DNA of 64,000 bases from an uncultured Bacillota bacterium (GTDB lineage: Bacteria; Bacillota_I; Bacilli_A; RFN20; CAG-288), in contig CASGEC010000003.1 in assembly GCA_949300365.1 (NCBI GenBank), positions 53,585 to 117,584 on the forward strand, written 5' to 3'. Both the position numbers and the translations under genes were made by a program. Below the pieces are notes generated by a model. The model was given only the letters and a program-made list of their open reading frames with translations. It did not search any database and had not been told where the DNA came from. Below, piece after piece: positions 55,832-64,000 of this stretch (positions are counted from its first letter, which is position 1; every line of letters starts with the position of its first letter).

Positions 55832-57172
55832 TTACCTTCTGCGGACAGGCTGAAGGACGGGCATGCCTTCTTCCGGAAGCGGCTCTATCTCCACCTTCTT
55901 GCCTTTTTCCTTCTTCTGGGCCCTCTTCGCCTTGGCTTTCTCGGCCTTGAGCTGTCTGGCCTTCTCCTGCTGTTCCTTCTTCCTTGCCGCCTCTTCCTGC
56001 TGCTTCCGTTCCTTTTCCTTGTCCTTCAGGGCCTTGGACTTCGCGGAAAAGACATGCCAGTTCTTGCGAAAGGAGGAAATCGTGGCCCGGACGACCTTTC
56101 CGATGACCTTGTCCTTGCGCATTTCCTTGAAGAGAGAGGTGATGACCCTCTTCATGGCATTGGGGAAATCGTCGAAGATATCCACCGCCGTCTCGTATCC
56201 GATCTGGTCGATCGTCCGGAAGAAGATACCGACGAATTCCTTTCTTTCCACATAGGGAAGGGACTCGACAAGGTCGATGAGGGAAGCATCCAGGTAATAG
56301 GAAATCGGGGAGCGGGGCTGATGGACGAAATGCGTCCCATCGACAAGCCAGGTATAGGCATCATGGGCATTGAAAAGGTTCGTTCCTACCTGATAGCCGA
56401 CGGAATAAGTGATCTTGTCGTGATGGAGAAGGATACCGATGATGGAGTCCTTGGGAACGATGTGGATGATTTTCTCCTTTATCCTCTCATAGCCTGCGGA
56501 AGAAAACTTGCTCATGTGGAGTCCCGGGCCATCGTTGGAATAGATGTGGATAAGTCGGCTTTCCTCCTTCGCCGTCAAAGTGAGGCAGGAGTAGACAGCA
56601 AAGACGCCTCCCTTGGAATGGCCCATGACGCGGAAAGGACGCAAGGGATGCTTCTTCAGGCAGCGCTTGAGGAAGAGACGGGAGAGCCTTTGCCCGGTGG
56701 TCTCGTCCATGAAGATCATGTTGAAGTCTTCCTTCCATCCCAAAAGGGAGTTGTCCGTCCCGCGGAAGACGATGTTGAGCGACTTGTCCGGTGCCAAGAA
56801 GGCCATGCCGGTAAATTGGGCTTCCTTGTCATGGCTGAAGACGTTCTGGAAATTCACAAGGCGCAGGGAGCCGTAGCGCTTGGAGTCCAACATTGCCAAG
56901 GCAAGGAAAAGATGCTTCTTCGCCCATTCGGATTCATTATCATATTCTTTTTTCTGAACGGTCGGAAGATAAAGAAGGAGAAGATTCCTTAATGTTAGCG
57001 GCTTTGAAAAGGGATTCGGAAGGACCTTCTCGAAGGAAATATAGGAAAGTTCCGAAAGGACGACATTGTCGATGTCGTTGAAAGGAAGCTGGGAAAAAGT
57101 CTTGTCCCGATTCTCGTAGACATAGTCAAGAAGGGTCTTTTCCACATAGGGCGTCTTTTCCGTTTCTGCCAT
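55832..57172 (-). CDS. DUF2974/Mbeg1-like alpha/beta hydrolase
   Basis: FRGTD..GWKED, GHSKGG, DGPG, SIIGILL; K/E-rich C-terminal tail. Confidence 0.85.
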   Translation of the reverse strand: MAETEKTPYVEKTLLDYVYENRDKTFSQLPFNDIDNVVLSELSYISFEKVLPNPFSKPLTLRNLLLLYLPTVQKKEYDNESEWAKKHLFLALAMLDSKRYGSLRLVNFQNVFSHDKEAQFTGMAFLAPDKSLNIVFRGTDNSLLGWKEDFNMIFMDETTGQRLSRLFLKRCLKKHPLRPFRVMGHSKGGVFAVYSCLTLTAKEESRLIHIYSNDGPGLHMSKFSSAGYERIKEKIIHIVPKDSIIGILLHHDKITYSVGYQVGTNLFNAHDAYTWLVDGTHFVHQPRSPISYYLDASLIDLVESLPYVERKEFVGIFFRTIDQIGYETAVDIFDDFPNAMKRVITSLFKEMRKDKVIGKVVRATISSFRKNWHVFSAKSKALKDKEKERKQQEEAARKKEQQEKARQLKAEKAKAKRAQKKEKGKKVEIEPLPEEGMPVLQPVRRR

Positions 57173-57207
57173 GTCCTTTCTCCTTTCCGATTCCTTTCGG
57201 AATCCAA

Positions 57208-58107
57208 TCAAATAACGTTCATGTCCTTCTGGATCAGGGAATCGACGATGCCATCGCCCAAGCCGACAAGCGGGACGAGTATATCTTCGGCATTGATGAG
57301 GTCGGCGACAAGAAGGAAGATATAGCCTGCCGGGATGATGACGTCCGCACGGTCGGGCTTGAGCTTGAACTTGCTCATGCGCTCGGTGACGTCCATCTCC
57401 TTCAGGGTCTTGTATTCCTTCTCAAGGTCGCGCACGGGAAGGACGTGGATTCCTTTCTTGTCCTTGTGTCCGGACATCTTCCAATAGCGGTTGATGTTTC
57501 CGCCGGTCCCGACGATATCCATCCTTCCGTACTCGCTCTTGTACTTCCGGAGGAGCTTCTTCATCACTTCCCAGGTCTCTTCCTTGTCGGCCTTGGCAAG
57601 GATTCTAAGCGTGCCAAGAGGGAAGGACTGGGAATAGACAGTGTTTCCCTTGACGTAGATGGTGATTTCCGTCGATCCGCCACCGACATCCACGAAGACG
57701 TATTTTCCTTCGTCGAGCTTGAGGTCGTTTCCGATCTTGGAGATGGTATTGGCTTCCCTCTCGCCGGAAATAATTTCGACGTTGACGCCCGTTTCCTTGC
57801 GGATCCTGTCGATGACGTCCTTTCCGTTTTCCGCCTCACGCAGGGCCGATGTGGCAAGGGCCTCGAAGTCAAGGACATCGTAGATTTCCATCAGGGACTT
57901 GAAGGCGCTGACCGTCTTCACCAGCTGCTCTTCCTTCTTTTCCCGGATGGTCCCATAACGGAACACGTCCGCGCCAAGGCGAAGGGGAACGCGGACTTCC
58001 TGTACCTTGAAGGAGGTCAGCTTGCCCCCGGAGAGGCTGACGTTCTTGATGACCATCCTTGCCGCATTTGTGCCGATGTCGATGCTGCCGTAATATCCGT
58101 TTTTCAT
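57208..58107 (-). CDS. ppx: Exopolyphosphatase, short Ppx/GppA family
   Basis: IDIGTN, ATSALREA.NG, DVGGGSTE, RADVI. Confidence 0.92.
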   Translation of the reverse strand: MKNGYYGSIDIGTNAARMVIKNVSLSGGKLTSFKVQEVRVPLRLGADVFRYGTIREKKEEQLVKTVSAFKSLMEIYDVLDFEALATSALREAENGKDVIDRIRKETGVNVEIISGEREANTISKIGNDLKLDEGKYVFVDVGGGSTEITIYVKGNTVYSQSFPLGTLRILAKADKEETWEVMKKLLRKYKSEYGRMDIVGTGGNINRYWKMSGHKDKKGIHVLPVRDLEKEYKTLKEMDVTERMSKFKLKPDRADVIIPAGYIFLLVADLINAEDILVPLVGLGDGIVDSLIQKDMNVI

Positions 58108-58159
58108 ATCGATGTCCTCTTTTCAATGCTCCTATTGTAAAGAATGAAAAGAAGGATAT

Positions 58160-60220
58160 CTACTCTTCCTTGGAAAGATAGTACTCATGGAGTCTTTCCT
58201 GGGAGCGGAAGGCCTTCTTCCCGGCCTTGGGTACAGGAAGGTACCTTCCCGTGCCATCCACCAAAACAGCCTTGACGTTGTCCGCCATGCCATATTCGAC
58301 GATCCTCTTCAGCTCCTTCTGGATGTCCGGATCATAGACAGGCGTCACGACTTCGATGCGGTTGTAGAGATTCCTGGGCATCCAGTCGGCCGATCCCATG
58401 AAATAGAGCGGATTGCCACCGTTCTGGAAGATGAAGATACGGGAATGCTCCAGATAGCGGTCGATGATGCCGTGGATGCGGATCGTATCGGAAAGACCAG
58501 GAATACCCGTGACAAGGGAGCAGTTTCCGCGGACAAGAAGATCGATCGGAACGCCCTTGGAGGAAGCCTCGTAGAGGAGCTTGACCATCTCGCGGTCGGT
58601 GATGTGGTTGATCTTGATCTGGATCCCGGCCGGGAGACCGTTCTCCTTGTTCTTTTCCTCGTTCTTGATGAGCTTGCGGAAGACGCTCTGCATCCGATCG
58701 GGAGAGACAAGAAGGCTTGCGAAGGTGACACGCCGGAAAGGCTGCTCGATGAAGTCGAAGAGGGAAGAGACGTCATGCACGATTTTCCTGTTCCCGGTAA
58801 AGAGAAGACAATCCGTATACGTCTTGGCATTGCCCTCGTGGAAGTTTCCGGTCGAAATGATGGAGAGGGCCGTCCCGTCCTTGAAATGGACATAGACGAT
58901 CTTGCCATGGATCTTGAAGCCTTCCTCACCGGTGAGGACATTGCAGCCAGCTTCCATGAGCTTCTGTGAGATGGAAATGTTGGAGGATTCATCAAACCGG
59001 GCCAAGAGCTCGACAACGGCAGTGACCTTCTTTCCATTGTGGGCCGCGTTTATCAGGGCGGAGACGACTTGGGATTCCTTGGCCGCGCGATAGATGGTGG
59101 CCTTGATGACATCCACTTCCGGGGAGATGGCACATTCCTGCAGGAAGCCGACAAAGGCATTGAAGGATTCATAGGGGACGTGGATAAGAAGGTCCTTCTT
59201 GCGGATGCGCTCGATGAGGGATTCCCCATCCCGGACGACCTTCAGGATATGGCCGTCCCACTTCGGATAGGAAAGGCCCTCGATCTGAAAACGGGGGAAT
59301 TTCATCAGGTCCTTGTTGTTGTGATACTTTCCGCTGACGGTGATGAGATCGTCCTTCTCGACATCCAGGCGCTTGAGCAAGGCCTTCTTCAGGTCGGAAG
59401 GGATTCCTTCCCCAAAGAGAACACGGACGGGAATGCCGCGCTTTCTCTCCCGGACAGCCTGGGAGATGCTCTTCAAAAGGCCTTCCTCAGGATCGGACTC
59501 GACTTCCATTTCCGCATCCTTGGTGAACTTGAAGGCATAGGACTCGAAATGGTCGAATCCCAGGCCGCGGAAGATGAACGGAAGATGATAGCGGACGATG
59601 TCATCGATATACATGACATAGCGGTTATTTCCTTCCGTCCCCAAATCGATGAAGCGGCCGGTGATATGGACCGGAAGCTGGATGAGGGCATAGCTTGCTT
59701 CGCCTTCCGGCTTTGTCATCTTCACGGCGAGGTAGATATGGGAATCGTTTACTTGGCTGAGGTCTGCCCTCTTTGAGAGGACGATAGGATGGATATGCCC
59801 GGAAACCTTCTCCAGGAAATAGTCGCGGACGTACTTTTGCTGGGCAGGGGAAAGATGCTGTTCATCGACAAGGACGATTCCCTTCGCCTTCAGCTGGTCG
59901 AAGATCTCCGTCTTGCAGGCATCGAATTCCTTGCCATAGGCTTCGGTAAGGGAAATGATCTTCCCCAAGGTCTCCTTTGCTTTCTTCCGCTCTTGGCCAA
60001 GGCCCTTGACCTTGCTTGTGGCTATCCTTTTGAAGGAAGCGACGCGGACCTTGTAGAACTCATCGAGGTTGTTGGAATAGATGCCAAGGAACGAGAGGCG
60101 CTCCAAAAGGGGGATGTCCTTCTTTTCCGCCTCCTGGAGGATGCGGTAATTGAAATACATCCATGAGACATCCCGCTCGACGTAATTCTCCTGGTCCAGT
60201 TCCAATCGCTTGCTTTTCAT
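58160..60220 (-). CDS. ppk1: Polyphosphate kinase 1
   Basis: SNNLDEF, HVPYESF, ELLARFDE, KIHGK, STGNF, RYLEHSR, SADWMPRN. Confidence 0.96.
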   Translation of the reverse strand: MKSKRLELDQENYVERDVSWMYFNYRILQEAEKKDIPLLERLSFLGIYSNNLDEFYKVRVASFKRIATSKVKGLGQERKKAKETLGKIISLTEAYGKEFDACKTEIFDQLKAKGIVLVDEQHLSPAQQKYVRDYFLEKVSGHIHPIVLSKRADLSQVNDSHIYLAVKMTKPEGEASYALIQLPVHITGRFIDLGTEGNNRYVMYIDDIVRYHLPFIFRGLGFDHFESYAFKFTKDAEMEVESDPEEGLLKSISQAVRERKRGIPVRVLFGEGIPSDLKKALLKRLDVEKDDLITVSGKYHNNKDLMKFPRFQIEGLSYPKWDGHILKVVRDGESLIERIRKKDLLIHVPYESFNAFVGFLQECAISPEVDVIKATIYRAAKESQVVSALINAAHNGKKVTAVVELLARFDESSNISISQKLMEAGCNVLTGEEGFKIHGKIVYVHFKDGTALSIISTGNFHEGNAKTYTDCLLFTGNRKIVHDVSSLFDFIEQPFRRVTFASLLVSPDRMQSVFRKLIKNEEKNKENGLPAGIQIKINHITDREMVKLLYEASSKGVPIDLLVRGNCSLVTGIPGLSDTIRIHGIIDRYLEHSRIFIFQNGGNPLYFMGSADWMPRNLYNRIEVVTPVYDPDIQKELKRIVEYGMADNVKAVLVDGTGRYLPVPKAGKKAFRSQERLHEYYLSKEE

Positions 60221-60302
60221 GCCGTTGATCACTCCCAAAAAACATTTATTATTTTATGACAAAAACGTTTAGGAGCCTCAAAAGAGATTGTAAAGAAATC
60301 GA

Positions 60303-61556
60303 TCAGCTTTCCAAAGTCGCGTCGCTGGAATCGGAGAGGAAATCGGTCATGGAATCATCGAAGCTGATGACGAGGTAGATTTTCTTGCCGTCGATGCCCA
60401 AGACATGGTCCAAAAGATAGTTCCGGATCGCCTCATGGCCCTTCTCGTCGTCCAGTTCCGGAGGAACGACAAGGTCGAAAATCAGGTTGACGTAGTCAGG
60501 TGCGGAAAGGATGCGGAAATCATGGAAGCGCAAGGGCTTGGGATATTCCTGGATGGCCTTCTCGATTTCCTGGCGGTATTTTTCGGTATCGGGATCATCG
60601 ATGAGGATCGGATCCATGTGGACGGTCAGGTTGATGTCCAGCTTCTGGAGCGCCTCCCTTTCGATCCCATCGCAGAGGGCGTGGGAGACCATGACGTCCT
60701 TCTTGGCATCCACCTCGACATGGATCACGGCAAAGAGGATCTGTCCATAGGCGTGCATGGTCAGGTCATGGACACCCAAGACGCCATCGTGGGAGATGAC
60801 AAGGTTGACAAGGGCGTGGATCTTGTCGGCGCTCGGCTTTTCGCCGATGAGGATCTCCGCCGACTGCTTCAGTATGCCGACTCCCGACATGACAACGAGG
60901 ATGGCAACGAAGATCGTGAAGGCAAAGTCGACACTATAGTTCGTGAAATACGTGATGATGACACCGATGATAACGGTCGATGTCGAGATAACGTCATTAA
61001 GGGCATCTCTTCCCAGGGCCTTAAGCTGAATCGAGTCGATTCTCTTTCCAAGGCTATAGTAAAGACGGGACTGAAGGACCTTAATAAGGATGGCCAAGGA
61101 TAGGACGACAAGGGTTGCGACATACTCGACATAAGGGATTTCCGCCTCGACCGGTTTTCCGGTATCGATCATGGACTTCACGAAGGCGACTAGGTCCATG
61201 GCACCCTGATAGAGCATGATGCATCCCAAGGCGATGATGACGCAGGAGATGACCAAGGAAATGATGTATTCCATCCGCTGATGGCCGAAGGGGTGTTCCA
61301 TGTCCGGCTTTTTGTTTGCGACCTTGATGCCGAAGATGGACAGGGCGTTGTTGCCGAAATCCGAGAGGTTGTTCACCGAGTCGGCAATGACGGAGAACAG
61401 GCCCATCATGAAGCCGATGGCGATCTTGCCAAGGAAAAGGATAAGGTTCGAGACAAGGCCGAAGAAGGAGCCCAAAAGACCGTATTTCTCGCGGACGTTG
61501 GCATCCTGGACATTTCGGTAGTCCTTGACGAACAGACGCAGCAGAAGATTAGTCAT
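60303..61556 (-). CDS. Cation diffusion facilitator transporter
   Basis: ADSVNNLSD, HPFGHQRMEY, DALND, VHDL..H.YG, HMDP. Confidence 0.92.
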   Translation of the reverse strand: MTNLLLRLFVKDYRNVQDANVREKYGLLGSFFGLVSNLILFLGKIAIGFMMGLFSVIADSVNNLSDFGNNALSIFGIKVANKKPDMEHPFGHQRMEYIISLVISCVIIALGCIMLYQGAMDLVAFVKSMIDTGKPVEAEIPYVEYVATLVVLSLAILIKVLQSRLYYSLGKRIDSIQLKALGRDALNDVISTSTVIIGVIITYFTNYSVDFAFTIFVAILVVMSGVGILKQSAEILIGEKPSADKIHALVNLVISHDGVLGVHDLTMHAYGQILFAVIHVEVDAKKDVMVSHALCDGIEREALQKLDINLTVHMDPILIDDPDTEKYRQEIEKAIQEYPKPLRFHDFRILSAPDYVNLIFDLVVPPELDDEKGHEAIRNYLLDHVLGIDGKKIYLVISFDDSMTDFLSDSSDATLES

Positions 61557-61624
61557 GTTATACCTCGAAAGCCTAGCTATTATAACGCAAAGAAGGCGTA
61601 TCGCCATGGAAAGTACAGACAAAG

Positions 61625-61660
61625 AAAAAGCCCCGGGCCGGAATTTCCCAGGGTTTCTTT
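61625..61660 (-). terminator. rplM-rpsI terminator
   Basis: Imperfect GC-rich hairpin followed by TTTTT on the minus strand. Confidence 0.55.
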
Positions 61661-61675
61661 GCGGTTCCTTGCGGA

Positions 61676-62083
61676 TTAACGCTTGGAGAACTGCGGAGCC
61701 TTACGGGCCTTCTTGAGACCGTACTTCTTTCTCTCGACGACTCTGCTATCCACAGTGAGATAGCCATGAGCCCTGAGAACAGGACGGTTCTCGGCATTGG
61801 CCTTCAGAAGGGATCTGGCGATACCGAGCCTAAGGGCACCGGCCTGTCCAGAATAGCCGCCTCCGACGATGTTGGCCTTGACGTCGTACTTGCCCTCGGT
61901 GTTGGTCACCTTGAAGGGGCCAACGGCGTCGAGGACGAGGACCTTGTGAGGGAAGTACTCATCGATCTTCTTACCATTGACGATGATGTTTCCCTGACCA
62001 GGGGTAATGTAGACGCGGGCGACGGAAGACTTTCTTCTTCCAACGGCTGAATAGATCAGCTTGTCAGTTTTAATCGTTGCCAT
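61676..62083 (-). CDS. rpsI: 30S ribosomal protein S9
   Basis: GRRKSSVARV, GGG.SGQAGA, ERKKYGLKKARKAPQFSKR. Confidence 0.98.
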   Translation of the reverse strand: MATIKTDKLIYSAVGRRKSSVARVYITPGQGNIIVNGKKIDEYFPHKVLVLDAVGPFKVTNTEGKYDVKANIVGGGYSGQAGALRLGIARSLLKANAENRPVLRAHGYLTVDSRVVERKKYGLKKARKAPQFSKR

Positions 62084-62086
62084 GGT

Positions 62087-62542
62087 TTACTTCTCCCTCT
62101 TCTTGGTCAACTCGACTTCGATCGGCTTCCTATCCTGCTTCTGATGATCGGGTCCGGCATAGACGAACAGCTTACGGATCATCTGCTTGCCGAGGGAGCC
62201 CTTGGGGAGCATGCCCCAGACGGCCCTTCTGACCATCTCCGTCGGATAGTCCTTCTTCATCACCTTCGCGCTTCTGACTCTGAGTCCGCCATAGGTCTGA
62301 GACTTGTTATCGTAGTAGTTCTTCTTGTGGATCTTGTCTCCGGTCAGCCAAACTTTCGAGCAGTTGACGACGATGACAAAATCACCGCAATCGAAATTGG
62401 GGGTGTACTGAGGCTTATTCTTGCCTTGGAGGATAACGGCGATTTCGGAGGCTAATCGACCAAGGGGCTTGTCGGCAGCATCCACGACGTACCATTTCTT
62501 TGTTACGTCATTCTTCTTGTAAATAGTGGTCTGGCGTTGCAT
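62087..62542 (-). CDS. rplM: 50S ribosomal protein L13
   Basis: WYVVDA, LGRLAS, GKNKP.YTP..DCGD, GMLPK. Confidence 0.98.
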   Translation of the reverse strand: MQRQTTIYKKNDVTKKWYVVDAADKPLGRLASEIAVILQGKNKPQYTPNFDCGDFVIVVNCSKVWLTGDKIHKKNYYDNKSQTYGGLRVRSAKVMKKDYPTEMVRRAVWGMLPKGSLGKQMIRKLFVYAGPDHQKQDRKPIEVELTKKREK

Positions 62543-62640
62543 TGTTCAATCCTTTCATGATCTAGCAAACTATAAACCTTACCGGGGTGTAGTTCACAAT
62601 TAGCCAACGGATATTTTACCATAGCCGTTACATAAAGCAA
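62543..62640 (-). promoter_or_regulatory. rplM promoter and probable L13 leader RNA
   Basis: TTGCTT-16 bp-TAAAAT promoter; leader GAACTACACCCCGGTAAGGTTTATAGTTT forms a stem carrying ACCCCG, as in L13 leaders. Confidence 0.5.
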
Positions 62641-62715
62641 CAATATTTTCCACGGATATCTTTCCTTTGAATTTGACCCTTCCGCCTATAGAATAATAGG
62701 AAAAAGAGGTTCGCC

Positions 62716-64000
62716 ATGTTTTATGGGAGAAATGAAGCGTTGATGACCGATTTGTACGAGTTGACGATGGCCAACGGCTATTTCCAGACCGGGAATGCCG
62801 AAAGGAAGGCCGTCTTCGACGTTTTCTATCGGAACAATCCGGACAACGCCAGCTATTCCGTCTTCGCCGGCCTGGAAGATGTCCTTTGCTTCCTTTCCGG
62901 ACTTTCCTTTTCCAAGGATGATATCGATTATTTGCGCTGCCTTGGCATCTTTTCCGAGCCTTTCCTTTCCTATCTTTCCGACTATCGCTTCCGCGGGGAT
63001 GTCTATGCCTTCAAGGAAGGATCCATCGTCTATCCCGAGGAGCCCCTTGTCACCATCGTCGCTCCGCTTTTGGATGCCCAGATCGTGGAGACGGCAATCC
63101 TTTCCCTGATCAACCACGAATCGCTCATCGCAACCAAGGCAAACCGCATTGTCCTTGCGGCAAAGGGAAGGGCCGTCAGCGATTTCGGGGCACGGCGTAG
63201 CCATGGCTTTGATGCCGCCGTTTTCGGAGCCAAGGCCAGCTATATCGGCGGTGTCCAATCGACGGCGACGGTCCTGGCAGGAAAGATGTTTGGCATCCCC
63301 GTCAGCGGAACGATGGCCCATTCCTTCGTCATGGCCTTTGACAATGAATACGATGCCTTCTTGACCTACAGCAAGATCTATCCCGACAACGTCGTTCTCC
63401 TTATCGACACCTATGATGTTCTCGGCTCCGGAATCCAGAATGCCATCCGTCTGGCCAAGGAATATCTCCATCCCAATGGCCTAAAGCTGAAAGGTGTCCG
63501 CATCGATTCGGGAGACTTGGCATACCTTTCAAAGAAATGCCGTGAGGCTCTGAATTATAACGGCCTAGAAGAAACAAAGATCATCGCTTCCAATTCCTTG
63601 GATGAATACAAAATCCGCTCCCTTATCGACCAAGGAGCAAAGATCGATGCCTTCGGTGTCGGCGAGAATCTCATCACCTCCAAGAGCAATCCCGTCTTCG
63701 GGGCCGTCTACAAGCTTGCTGCCATCGAAAAGGACGGCAAATTGGTCAATAAGGTCAAGCTCAGCAATGCCGTCGAAAAGATAACGACTCCCTGCTTCAA
63801 GGAAGTCTATCGCGTCTTTTCCGGCGGCAAGGCCATCGCCGACCTTCTGTCCATCAAGGGTGAAGTCGTAGGAGACAAGGATCCTTACCCTGTCGTCTAC
63901 CCACTCAAGCCCTGGAAGCCGATTGCCTTCTCCCATGTCGAATATCGGAAGATGCACGAGAAAGTCATGGAAGACGGGAAAATCCTTGTCCCCACGCCGA
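62716..64000 (+). CDS. pncB: Nicotinate phosphoribosyltransferase, truncated by the window end
   Basis: Translated by hand (missing from the ORF track): MFYGRNEALMTDLYELTMANGY, DFGARR, GTMAHS, LIDTYD, VRIDSGD, FGVGE, VYKL. Confidence 0.95.
   Translation, partial: MFYGRNEALMTDLYELTMANGYFQTGNAERKAVFDVFYRNNPDNASYSVFAGLEDVLCFLSGLSFSKDDIDYLRCLGIFSEPFLSYLSDYRFRGDVYAFKEGSIVYPEEPLVTIVAPLLDAQIVETAILSLINHESLIATKANRIVLAAKGRAVSDFGARRSHGFDAAVFGAKASYIGGVQSTATVLAGKMFGIPVSGTMAHSFVMAFDNEYDAFLTYSKIYPDNVVLLIDTYDVLGSGIQNAIRLAKEYLHPNGLKLKGVRIDSGDLAYLSKKCREALNYNGLEETKIIASNSLDEYKIRSLIDQGAKIDAFGVGENLITSKSNPVFGAVYKLAAIEKDGKLVNKVKLSNAVEKITTPCFKEVYRVFSGGKAIADLLSIKGEVVGDKDPYPVVYPLKPWKPIAFSHVEYRKMHEKVMEDGKILVPTP

Noticed and set aside
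1-64000. Alternative genetic code (TGA=Trp), suggested by Mollicutes-like features
   Set aside because: Conserved genes such as smpB, oppB and lysS end at TGA at the expected positions, and Trp is encoded by TGG.

Overview
About 55% GC chromosomal segment using the standard bacterial code (TGA = stop). Gene style (Mollicutes-like Opp insertions, NBD-FtsX fusions, secG-rnr-smpB) suggests an uncultured gut Bacilli lineage such as RFN20/RF39; this is inference. Core genes: opp operon, ssrA (tmRNA), ppdK, folT, smpB-rnr-secG, tldD/tldE, lysS, ppk-ppx, a CDF transporter, rplM-rpsI and a partial pncB. Accessory content: an MFS-GH2 fusion; a GH3 / divergent NCS2 permease / lipoprotein operon with a GH5 gene, facing a GHKL-LytTR two-component system across a 21-bp-period direct repeat; and decayed genes on both sides of ssrA. 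Most notable: the regulated GH3-NCS2 locus, whose permease lacks the purine-binding motifs; the transporter-glycosidase fusion; a tmRNA tag ending in AAACC; a Bacteroidales-like ppk-ppx pair; and two metalloprotease homologs lacking HExxH. I saw no CRISPR array, tRNA, rRNA, transposase or integrase. Family calls come from motif recognition by eye, not database searches.
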